DNA of 64,000 bases from Epiperipatus broadwayi. Its lineage: Eukaryota; Animalia; Onychophora. The notes beneath the pieces were generated by a model. The model was given only the letters and a program-made list of their open reading frames with translations, searched no databases and was not told the DNA's origin. Shown here piece after piece: positions 24,833 to 36,515 of this stretch. The position numbers and the translations under genes are program-made. The DNA lies in assembly GCA_028023455.1 (NCBI GenBank), contig JAQFVV010000007.1, positions 7,626,001 through 7,690,000 of the forward strand, given 5' to 3'. How positions within the stretch are numbered: position 1 is the first letter of the stretch; each line of letters opens with the position of its first letter.

Positions 24833-27145
24833 ATGCACAAATTCCATTTGATATTAAAACAACATCATAAAAATATTTTATAATGCAATAAAAAACATTA
24901 GGTAATCATAAAAAATATAACTGAATCATCAGTTGTTCATTAGATGATATGGCTTAAGTTTTGCAAGTGACAAATTGAATTGTGATTGTGTGATCAATAA
25001 ATCCACAGCCAATCTTCTACCATTACAAAATCTAACAGTAATTTTAATGAAAGGCAGTGATTATGCTTATGAAAGAAAAAACAGGTAGACTATCAAAAAG
25101 GTATGGAATATTTTGTTTAGCATTTGAAATGGAATAATGAATGCTTAATCATAATAATAAAAAAGTTGAATGGTAATAAAAGAGACACCTAATTTATTCT
25201 CAAAACAATATTCAGCAAACTGTAAAAAGTTTTAAAAATAAAAAAATTTAAATAGTAAGCATTTTATTAAACTAATTTTGCATCAAATATTAACAAAATA
25301 TTAACAGTATTCTAACCTGTTCTCATACACTACTGACATCTATCTTTTGATTTAAAACATCAGACCAAAGCATAAAATAAATAAGTGTTAGTGACTGTAT
25401 TTTAAATGGTTTCACTGATATTTGACTGTTCCTGGTTAAAAAAACATTGAATTTTCAATATCCCTCAATCAGAACCCACATCTTAATTCTATCTTGTATT
25501 CTGCATGATTTGGTGGCAATCTCTTGAATGTAAAGTCCATAAATCAATATCCAGCTCTATTATTTCTGGTGCATGAATTTCTTATTAATTCCTAAGCAAT
25601 ACACCATATGGTTATTTACATATTTTACTACTATTTGTTATTTAAAGCCTGTATCTTAAAAACTAAAACATTTTGAAAGTTTTAAAGTCATTTTAATTAG
25701 GTTATATTTTAGAGAATGGATTTTCAAATTAATTTTCAGTACATATGACAAAATGATAGTAGAAACCAAAAATTAAACACTAATTTTAGTTATGGCTTAT
25801 ATTATTTGACAGTGATAATATTGTTTTCATTGATATGAAATAACATTTTATCTTCTTTATCTTGTCCATCTATCAAGTGCTTTTGGTTTGATCCTTTATT
25901 CTTTATAAATTCATTAGTCTTGACAATACAATGATTCTGCAGAGAAATTAATTTACATTTGATTTCCATTCATTAATACACCCATTCTCAATCTTTTTCT
26001 CATGTCTAAATTTGTAAATGATAAGAAATCAAATATTTACATACATAGTAAAAAAATTTAAACATAAAATTATTAATACAAATATGCTAGAAAATGTTAA
26101 ATTATATAAGAAAAAAATGTTAAAAGAAAGTTTATATATTAATAAAGAAAAACCAGTTTTAATTAAATAGAACAAATTGTTAAATAATACTTTTAATTAA
26201 GTGTAATTATATACAGAGTAATTTATAAAGATTTCATATATTTGCATAATATGTAATAAAAATAGGTTTAAAATAATAAAAAATAGGGTGAGGTAAGTGA
26301 TAATAATAGTAAAATGTATATAATGAAAAGAAATATATGTAGATGCCAAAGAAATTTATTACATTATGAGTTAAAAATTAAATATTTATAATAATAGTAT
26401 ATGTATATTTGTAGAACCTTGAAAATGACCACAAGGAAGTAGCTGAAACTTCAGAAAGATATATAATAATATATGGATTCATAAAAATATTTTTTTTTTT
26501 GTAAAAAAAAAAAAAAAATTATTGATTTTTTTTAATGAAACAGTTCTATTATTTACTTTTTCATAATATAATTGAAACATTTCTTCTACTATATATATAT
26601 TAGAACTAATAATAACAATTATTTTATGTTAGGATCAGTTTAAATACAATATAACTATTCATACTCTACAAACATTTGTTTTTCTTTTAGGTTAATATTT
26701 AATAGTGAAATAATGAATGTTATAAAACATTTATATAATTATTGAAATCTGCAATATAAGTTCTGAGTCATGCCTCTGTACATGATTTTACTGACAGTAA
26801 ACTCATATAGAAATGAGATGCATAGGCATATATTAAGTAATATAAAATTGGTGATCCATATACAATACCACATATAAATTCTATTCATTTCAATGAATAT
26901 GTAAATCTGCTTTATAATCCAAAACTTTGGGAATGTTACAGCAATGCATTTTTAAAACCCACCATGTAAGTAATGTCTCAACTCTGAAATGTCAATGAGT
27001 AATCAGTTACCAAAATAACTTCTGGGGCACCCATTGAAAGTGATATTTTTTTATCTCATCAGTAGATTAATTAGGAAGGTGATATTTGCAAATTAATTAA
27101 AATGATTTATTTAATATCTAACATACAGACTATATATATATATCT

Positions 27146-29208
27146 TATAATGACCCAAAAGAAAGTGAAGATCGAATCTTACCATAATGTGCACTACCAG
27201 AGCACCTTCTAGGCATTTGAACCTTGAAAATTTATAAAGTAGGCAGATATGCGATGTTAAGATTCCACTTTATTTAAATATTTAGATCGTTAGCCCAATG
27301 TCACTAGCGCATGGAGACACAGAGATAATAAATAACTTGATTAATTTGCATCTTAAATATATATATATAAATAAAAGCCACTGTCAGTAATTAACACACA
27401 AACATTTATTTACGCACATATAAATTTTGAATCATTTTAAATTTTGAGGAATAATATTTATTATTTTAGATTTTAACATTCTTTTAATTTAACTTATTAT
27501 TTTAAAATTTTAAATCATCTACACAGATGAAATTTATATTTATTTTAAGATTGTCGCATATGAATAAATTTAATAGTTTTTATAGAGATCGTCGAATATA
27601 AATAGACTACATAGATCTGCATTTGAAAAGAAAATATTCTATCCCTTATTTAACCTTAGGCCAAAAGTTCGCAGTCAAACCGGTGTCAATCCATCTGATA
27701 CATTGATGTATTTAATGCAGCATGAATACAACAGCACAAAATATTATACTGTCAGGAATGTACATCTGAACAGTAAGTACAGTTAGAGAAAACATTGTCT
27801 CTCAACCAAACAGGAATGCTACATCTTCTGGCGAGAAGAACAATAAACAAAAACACTCCATAGAAATGCACCACATCTTCCGTCTTACTATTCAATTCCA
27901 TTAGGCAAACAGGGGGTGTGTGGCATATATATGCAATCCTGCCCATAGCGGATCTCATGCTACATTTACTAATTACATCAATACATCCAATCCGTTGACC
28001 CAATTTAGCTATGAAACAAATACCCTCCCTTAAACTATATATAACTTTACAAATCTATATAGCCATTCATGCCCGACTTAAATTTAACATGTATATACAT
28101 TCGCACAGATGAATTTTATAAAATTTGTTTTATAATGTTGAGTATAGATTGGCTGCATAGATTCCATGGTCAAAAACATTTCAAAATAAACATAACCGAT
28201 CAAAATACAAAGTCATCAATAATATCAATTGCAGAGAGAATACAAAAAACCCAATAGAATTCATCATAAGATGCCACATTGACATCGATGACATATATTC
28301 TAATCGAATATGAAAACCACAACATAACTAACCACTAACGAATCCATGCAATGTCCATACCCAATTTAAATTTCATGCATTTAAACAATTTGTACAAATA
28401 AATATTAATAGAAATAAAAAAAATGGAAATGATTTTAGCAAACTTAACTATATAAAATTTAAACATTAATTATTATTTTGGAAAGTCAGATTAAAGTTCA
28501 TTAAAAAATGTTTAGCTTGTTAAATCTTTAAAGTTCTTTATTATTTGTAGTAAAATTTTTCCGTTTACACTTTACAGTAGAAGAGCTCATGGTTCCTGTT
28601 GTCAATTCCCATGAAGACTTTCATGGAAGACCGGTCTGATATTCTGGAGGTAGCCTTAGCTGTTTCCATTCTGGTATCACAGTCATTTCATTTTTAAAAT
28701 AAGTGAGAGAAAATTACAAGTGCATCTTATTGTTCTTCTCACAAAATCAAGCTGGAACTGTCAGGAAAACTGTCTTAATTTGAATCGTTTTCCTTTTATA
28801 ATCCTCCTATGGATTCCACGAACAAAAATGTCACTGTTCCATTTTTTTTGTTATGGTCCAGGCCTTTATTTGCTGCTTCTATATTGGACAAGCTAATTCT
28901 TTATTTTCTTATCTATCTTTCATCAGACTTTTTAATTATACAAGAGCCCAAGGGCTAGTTTGCTTTTCAATTACTTTATAAAACAATCATTTCCATTTAC
29001 AAAAATATTCTATCTTTAAATCTTGTACTTTTTTATAACAAAGTACGTTCAAATACTTTTATTTATTAAAAAAAAAATATTTTTAAAGTTTTGCATCGTG
29101 CGAATATATATGTTTACAACTCTTTAATTTTTTTTAGCTTTTAGATTTTTAATAAATTTATTTTTATTTGCGAACTTAGTTTTTTATTTTAAATAAATGT
29201 AATGGCAT
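27146..29208 (+). mobile_element. Family D ~2-kb composite non-autonomous element, copy 1 (compressed PLE-like relic)
   Basis: Closely similar to 29870-31945 (offset ~2730) and inverted at 54155-55990. Flanked by (AT)n. Contains YLTLGQKFAVKP and FTNYINTSNPLTQFSYE-type PLE peptides. Confidence 0.8.
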
Positions 29209-29869
29209 ATATATATATATCGTTACATATTAGTAAACCTCCTCAAAAAACAAAAACATTAAAAAAAAAAAGAATTTACTTAGTGTTAGTAATGACGTTA
29301 CACAAATTGATTATATATGAAAATTTCAAAAGGACAAAACTTTTTTTTATAAGACAAAACAGTAATTACATACAAATATGATAAAAAAAATTGTTCACTG
29401 TTTATTCTTTACTACCAGCTAAATTTCTGCCCCCTCCCTTCCAAGTTTCTTTTCTCCTACTTTTAACTATTACTTAGGCACGTTAAATGCTTGGATTTTA
29501 AATAAGACTTTTTTTTTTTTAAAAAAATTATGATTTATATTAATTAATTATGTTTTATTTATTACTTTATATTCCTAGAATTTATCTTTACATATGTGCA
29601 ATTTTTCTTACTGCCAGTACCTTTAAAACACAATTCAACCTATAACTTTACATTAATACAAAAAATATATTTATACTCATTTCTGAAAAAAATATTACGG
29701 ACATGATTTATTTTCAAAAGTACTCGCGGCTTATTACACATTGGACTATAACATCACATTAGTACAAAAATATATACTGCTTTTTAAAGAAAAATGTTAC
29801 TGGCATGATTTATCTTTAAAATTCTCAAGGCACTCGGTGGTTTATTAAAGATTGGCCCACGTTGGGAGA

Positions 29870-31945
29870 CCAGTTATAACAATCCAAAAGAAAGTGAAGA
29901 TCGAATCTTACCATAATCTGCACTACCAGGGCGCCATCTAGGCATTTGAACCTTAACAATTTATAAAGTAGGCAGATACATGATGTTAAGATTCCACTTT
30001 ATTTAAATATTTAGACTGTTAGCCCAATGTCACTAGCTCATGGAGATGCAGAGATAATAAATAACTTGATTAATTTGTATCTTAAATATATATATAAAAA
30101 ATAAAAGCCACTGCCAGTAATTAACACACAAACATTTATTTACGCACATATAAATTTTGAATCATTTTAAATTTTGAGGAATAATATTTATTATTTTCAA
30201 TTTTAACATTCTTTTAATTTAACTTATTATTTTAAAATTTTAAATCATCTACACAGATGAAATTTATATTTATTTTAAGATTGTTGAGTATGAATAAATT
30301 TAATATTTTTATAGAGATCATCGAGTATGAATAGACTACATTGATCTGCATTTGAAAAGAAAATATTCTATCCTTTATTTAACCTTAGGCCAAAAGTTCA
30401 CAGTCAAACCGGCGTCAATCCATCTGATACATTGATGTATTCAATGCAGCATGAATACAACAGCACAAAATACTATACTGTCAGGAATGTACATCTGAAC
30501 AGTAAGCACAGTGCGAAGACATTGTCTCTCAACCAAACAGGAATGTTACATCTGCTGGTGAGAAGAACAATAAACAAAAAACTCCATAGGAATGGACCGC
30601 ATCTTCCATCTGACTATCCAATTCCATTAGGAAAACAGGGTGTGTGTGGCATATACATGCAATCCTGACCATAGTGGATCTCATGCTACATTTACTAATT
30701 ACATCAATAAATCCAATCCATTGACCCAATTTAGCTACGAAACAAATAACCTAAGATTACCCTCCCTTAAACTATATATAACTTTACAAATCTGTATAGC
30801 CATTCACATCCGACTTAAATTTAACATTTATATACATTCACACAGATGAATTTTATAAAATTTGTTTTATAATGTTGAGTATAGATTGGCTGCATAGATT
30901 CTACGGTCAAAAACATTTCAAAATAAACATAACCGATCAAAATACAAAGTCACCGATAACGTCAATTGCAGAGGAAATACAAGAAACCCAATGGCATTCA
31001 TCATAAGATGCTGCATTGACATCGATGACCTATATATTCTAATTGAATATGAAAACCACAACATAATTAAACACTAACAAATGCATGCAACATCCATACC
31101 CAACTTAAATTTCATGCATTTAAACAATTTGTACAAATAAATATTAATAGAAATAAAAAAAATGGAAATGATTTTAGCAAACTTAACTATATAAAATTTA
31201 AACATTAATTATTAATTTGGAAAGTCAGATTAAAGTTCATTAAAAAAATGTTTAGCTTGTTAAATCTTTAAAGTTCTTAATTATTTGTAGTAAAATTTTT
31301 CCATTTACACCTTACAGTAGAAGAGCTCATGGTTCCTGTTGTCAATTTCCATGAAGACTTTCATGGAAGACCGTTCTGATATTCTGGAGGTAGCCTTAGC
31401 TGGTTCCATTCTGGTATCACAGTCATTTCATTTTTAAAATAAGTGAGAGAGAACGACAAGTGCATCTAATCATTCTTCTCACAAAATCAAGTTGGAACTG
31501 TCAGGAAAACTGTCTTAATTTGAATCGTTTTCCTTTTATAATCCTCTTATGGATTCCACGAACAAAAACGTCATTGTTCCATTTTTTTCGTTATGGTCCA
31601 GGCCTTTATTTGCTGCTTCTATATTGGACAAGCTAATTCTTTATTTTCTTATCTATCTTTCATCAGACTTTTTAATTATACAAGAGCCCAAGGGGTAGCT
31701 TGCTTTTCAATTACTTTATAAAACAATCATTTCCATTTACAAAAATATTCTATCTTTAAATCTTGTACTTTTTTATAACAAAGTACGTTCAAATACTTTT
31801 ATTTATTAAAAAAAAAAAAGTTTTGCATCTGTGCGAATATATATACATTTACAACTCTTTAATTTTTTTTAGCTTCTAGATTTTTAATAAATTTATTTTT
31901 ATTTGCGAACTTAGTTTTTATTTTAAATGAATGTAACGGCATATT
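29870..31945 (+). mobile_element. Family D element, copy 2
   Basis: Direct repeat of copy 1. LTLGQKFTVKP at 30379-30411; FTNYINKSNPLTQFSYETNNLRLPSLKLYI in ORF 30640-30849 (PLE RT motifs 6-7-like); IDIDDLYILI at ~31015. Confidence 0.8.
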
Positions 31946-32084
31946 TATATAGCATTACAATCTGTACAAACAATGTAATATGTAGGGTATTTTGAGCTCA
32001 GACTTTCATATGATCCTCAACTCTCCACACTATTTCGTACTACTTATACACTTGATCACATATATGTTTAAAAGATAAATAATC

Positions 32085-32120
32085 ACCAGCACTCATCAGT
32101 TGGTCCAGATTATCATCTCT
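32085..32120 (-). ncRNA. 5' half of family B hammerhead (element terminus)
   Basis: Minus strand gatgataatctggaccaa-CTGATGA-gtgctggt; stops at the same base as the 3890-3924 copy. Confidence 0.65.
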
Positions 32121-33182
32121 ACACATAATAACTTGCTTGTGAAAGATTTATATATGTGAATATGAATAAATTTATTCTTCAGAAATGTTATTATATATAT
32201 ATCTTCATGTAGAAACATAAATAGATACTGAAGATGTACTACTAAACACAAATATAGCCTTATGTATTCAGTGAAAGGAAATAACAATTTGAAATTCACA
32301 TATGTTTAATCAAATAGATGTTATAAAAATAATCAAATATCGTTGCTCAGAAGGTCATGTAACGTCCATTTATGAATATGACTGAAAAGCACTGATCCAG
32401 GAATCTTTTTTACTCTCATTCATCTGATTAAATCGCACTGGAACTTAAACCTTCATATGGATTAGTGGTTCTAAACATTGATCTAAGTTAACAAAGTTTA
32501 GTAGAGAGATTTCCAATACTTTTTTCCTATATAAAGATCCTACCATTAGTATTGTATAAAGCACCCCCCCCCCCATGATTAACACTATGTATAATTAAGG
32601 CCAGCAGAGCAATTAAACCTTAACATTAGAATTAATTACTTTTGTCTTTCTCGAAATATAATTTTAATTTAGTAAATTCATTATAATTTATTTTATATAA
32701 TGTGTAGAATGTTGTAAATAATAATTACAAAAGTAACACAATGTCATTAACCAATTGGATTTCTAAAGTAAGATAAAAACATTTCCAAAACTAACTCAAT
32801 TTGTTTTAAACTGTTTTGACAAGATCAGAGAAATATAATTATTAAAAAATATTTTTTTTTCTTCTTTAAATAATTTAATTTGTTCTTTTTTTTTTTTTTT
32901 TTTACAACAGAAACGACTTTTTGCAAGCAGTAAAAGCGCATTTATTGAAAAAACACATTAGAAAGGAAACGTTTTATGGTATTAAAATGACAAACATTAG
33001 TAACGTCTTCTGGCTGAACAAAAAGGAATAATATATGTATATAATAATAATAATAAAACATTCAGAAGCCTAAAAAAACAAAACAATAATGCGCTAAAAA
33101 TTTCAATTAAATAATTTACTAACAATTAATATAATTAGAGAGGATTTGACCCTAATTACATCTAGCTTAAAATTATATATAC

Positions 33183-34200
33183 CTTAGGTGGGGAACGTGT
33201 GGTCTGAGCATACGGCTTCCATGAGTGACTTATTTGGATAACGACAATTTGAAAATTTATAGAATTAAATAAAGAACGGTATAAATGTAAGTTTCAGTGA
33301 TTACTGGTGGTCATAATCAATTGTATATTTCAAATGATAAAAACACCACCTAGTGCAAAACTGTAACACTACCGGACGCGTTACCTAATCTCTACACAAC
33401 AACTATTTTCTTACTATTAATATTCGTAAAAATACGATTGTGACTTGTCGTTTGTCAAACTTGTGCTTGTAGTCATACAGTTGTTATTGTTATACTTATT
33501 CTGTGGTTTTACTAAAACACAGTGTTATTAAATTTCTAGCAAGTATATGCTTTTTAAAGATAATATTTAAGATTTTTTTTACCCATTATGTCAAATTGCA
33601 AAATAAGAAAATTAAATGAAGAAAATAGAACATTTAATGTAAATTGGGAGTTAGATTTTTTCTTCACTTCTGTGAAAAATAAAATGGTGTGTTTGTTGTG
33701 CGATACGGTTTTGACTACTTTAAAAAAAAGTGAATGCAAATAAACGCTATTTGACACATAAAGCACATAAATTCTTCAATTTAGAAGGTGAATCTCAACA
33801 AGCTGCACTTCAAAAATTGAAAAATGAAAAGCATCATCAACAGGCGTCTTTTAGAGTTTTTGTAAAGAAAAATACCACTGCAGTTGATGTTACCTACAAA
33901 ATATCTACTTGGAAAAAGAGGCAAACCATTTAGTGATGTAGAATTAATAAAAGAATGTATTGTTGAAACAGTGAGTATATTAGATCCAGAAAAAGCTGAT
34001 AAATACAAAAAATTGGCTCTTTCAAGAAAAACTATAACAGATTGACAAGCACAAATTAGCTCAAAATGTAACAGAACAACTTTGCAATATTATACAAAAT
34101 GAAGATAGTTATTTTTCAATTGCTTTAGAAGAAAGCACTGATAAAACTGATTCAGCACAAGCTTTATATTTTATTCATGCTATAACTAAAGTTTTTCAAT
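33183..34200 (+). mobile_element. hAT transposon (Charlie/SPIN-type) 5' end and transposase N-half, frameshifted
   Basis: TIR-like taggtggggaacgtgtgg; ATG at 33588; ENRTFNVNWELDFFF...VCLLCDTV...GKPFSDVELIKECI...LSRKTIT...YFSIALEESTDKTDSAQ. Confidence 0.9.
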
Positions 34201-34485
34201 GAGAAATTAAAAAAGCAGACTCTCATTTTTATTTTGTTACAAATGGTACCAAATTAATGGGGTATCATTAAACCAGGACAATTCTTTCATGGTTGTATAT
34301 TTATTTTTACAATATATATAAATATTAAAAATCATCATATATCACATGACCTATATAGCTTGTATTACCAATATGTAATATATAAAGAGCCTGCTGCTAG
34401 CTCTAAACAAGCTTAATTATTTTATTTTTTATGATAAATGCTACAAGAGAAAATACATGAAGCCTTTATCTATGATGGTCCCCAT

Positions 34486-34524
34486 CCCTAGACCGGTTTT
34501 GAGCTATAGCTCTCATCAGTGAGA
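34486..34524 (-). ncRNA. Type I hammerhead ribozyme, G12A lesion
   Basis: tctca-CTGATGA-gagc-tata-gctc-AAAA-ccggtc-taggg. Confidence 0.8.
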
Positions 34525-35151
34525 AGCTAGGACATAAGATTCAAAATATTAACTCAAGCCAAGCATTTATCTAATTCTTAAATATTAAGAAAAAGATCCA
34601 AATCTTCAGACACCTACATGTCTTCAAACTCACATCTTTAACCAAAGAAACTATATGAACCTGAACTAAATTCAGAGATCCCATATATTAGTAGGCTTAG
34701 CAATTTAATATAGCCAAAGCCCTAATAGCAAAATTATAATAGTAAAAATGTCATATATCACATGACCTATATAGCTTGTATTACCAATATGTAATATATA
34801 AAGAGCCTAATTATTTTATTTTTTATGATAAATGCATTTATCATAAAAAATAAAATAATTAAGCTTGTTTAGAGCTAGTAGCAGGCTCTTTATATATTAC
34901 ATATTGGTAATACAAGCTATATAGGTCATGTGATATATGACTGATTTTTACTGTTATAATTTTGCTATTAAATTGCTAAGCCTACTAATATATGGAATTT
35001 CTGAATTTAGTTCAGGCTCATATAGTTTCTTTGGTTAAAGAGCTGAGTTTGAAGACATGTAGGTGCCTGAAGATTTGGATCTTTTTCTTAATATTTAAGA
35101 ATTAGATAAATGCTTGGCTTGAGTTAATATTTTAAATCTTATATCCTAGCT

Positions 35152-35190
35152 CCTCACTGATGAGAGCCTTAGCTCGAAACCAGTCTGGGG
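35152..35190 (+). ncRNA. Type I minimal hammerhead ribozyme, intact catalytic core
   Basis: cctca-CTGATGA-gagc-ctta-gctc-GAAA-ccagtc-tgggg; stem I cctca/tgggg; predicted cleavage after GUC at 35185. Confidence 0.9.
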
Positions 35191-35551
35191 ATGGGGACCA
35201 TCATAGATAAAGCTTCATGTATTTTCTCTTGTAGCATTTATCATAAAAAATAAAATAATTAAGCTTGTTTAGAGCTAGTAGCAGGCTCTTTATATATTAC
35301 ATATTGGTAATACAAGCTATATAGGTCATGTGATGTATGACTGATTTTTACTATTATAATTTTGCTATTAAATTGCTAAGCCTACTAATATATGGAATTT
35401 CTGAATTTAGTTCAGGCTCATATAGTTTCTTTGGTTAAAGAGCTGAGTTTGAAGACATGTAGGTGCCTGAAGATTTGGATCTTTTTCTTAATATTTAAGA
35501 ATTAGATAAATGCTTGGATTGAATTAATATTTTAAATCTTATGTCCTAGAT

Positions 35552-35590
35552 CCTCACTGATGAGAGTCATAGCTAGAAACCGGTCTGGGA
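35552..35590 (+). ncRNA. Type I minimal hammerhead ribozyme, stem II closing pair broken
   Basis: cctca-CTGATGA-gagt-cata-gcta-GAAA-ccggtc-tggga; palindromic stem III ACCGGT intact; predicted site after 35585. Confidence 0.85.
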
Positions 35591-35690
35591 TGGGGACCAT
35601 CATAGATAAAGGCTTCATGTATTTTCTCTTGTAGCGTTTATCATAAAAAATAAAATAATTAAGCTTGTTTAGAGCTAGTATATATATATA

Positions 35691-36515
35691 AAATAAAATA
35701 ATGAGTGTGCTAAAAGTTCTAACAAGTTTTATTGATAAATGCCACAAAAAAAAAACCCACTTAAAATCTCTATCTGGAAATTATCCCATCCCCAAACTGG
35801 TTTCAAGATAATGGCTCTCCTTAGTGAAGCACTAAGATATTTCAAACACTAGATCTAAAATACCAACTCAATGTCAGTACTTATCTGATACTTAAGTACT
35901 AAGCAGAAAATCTGAATTTTTCAGACACTTAAATGTTTTCAAATCTAGCTATCTAATTTAAATAGCTATATGAGTCTGAAATCTCTTCAGCCACACCATA
36001 TATTAATAGCCTTAGCAATATAATACTGCTTAAGACTTAAAAGCAAAACTATAATAGTAAATAAAATCAAGTCATATATCATGTGACTTAACTTGATAAG
36101 CTTGTAATTATAAAATAAAATAATGAGCATGCTAATAGCTTTAACAAACTTTATCAATAAATGCTACAGGAGAAAGTATTGAAAATCTCTTATCTAGAAA
36201 TTATCACCACCCTCAAGGTTTTAAGCTATTGGCTTTCCTTAGTTCAACACTAGGATAATTCAGACACTAGATCTAAAATACCAACTCAAGACTTAACTAT
36301 TAAATAGAAAATCTGAAATTTTCAGATAACTATAAGTCTTTAAATCCAACTATCTAACTTAAATTTGTGATGCAGATCTGCAAACCCTTCAGCATCACCA
36401 TATATTAATAGCCTTAGAAATATAACATCACTTAAGACTTAAAAGCAAAACTATAATAGTAAATAAATCACATGACTTAACTTGATAAACTTGTAATTAT
36501 AAAATAAAATAATAT
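35691..36515 (-). repeat. Older relative of family A: two ~422-bp tandem units with decayed hammerheads
   Basis: aaaataaaataatgag recurs at ~35690 and ~36112; minus strand cactaaggagagccattatcttgaaaccagtttgggg (~35790-35827). Confidence 0.75.

Larger units (their letters stand above)
34326..35680. mobile_element. Family A non-coding hammerhead repeat array (retrozyme/pseudo-LTR-like): inverted ~1.25 units (34326-34834) joined to ~2.1 direct 400-bp units (34835-35680)
   Basis: Units restart at 34834, 35234 and 35634 (exact 400-bp period); palindrome centre at aaatg|cattt (34834/34835); no substantial ORF; AT-rich flanks with (TA)n at the right end. Confidence 0.93.

Noticed and set aside
27640-27670. 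U2 snRNA-like or telomerase-template-like string (cttttggcctaaggttaa)
   Set aside because: No Sm site, branch-pairing GTAGTA or CCTAACCT template; it coincides with the LTLGQKF codons.
27915-27975. GIY-x10-YI motif in family D, and a possible selenoprotein Naiad-type element
   Set aside because: Interrupted by TAG and not in frame in copy 3; it overlaps the better-supported RT 5-7 region; in-frame TGA codons are not conserved between copies.
28900-28930. CTGATGA on the minus strand of family D (also ~31660)
   Set aside because: No stem II or properly spaced GAAA, and absent from copy 3.
34835-35680. CRISPR array or satellite interpretation of the tandem repeats
   Set aside because: Units are 400 bp with no unique spacers, and only ~2 direct copies are present.
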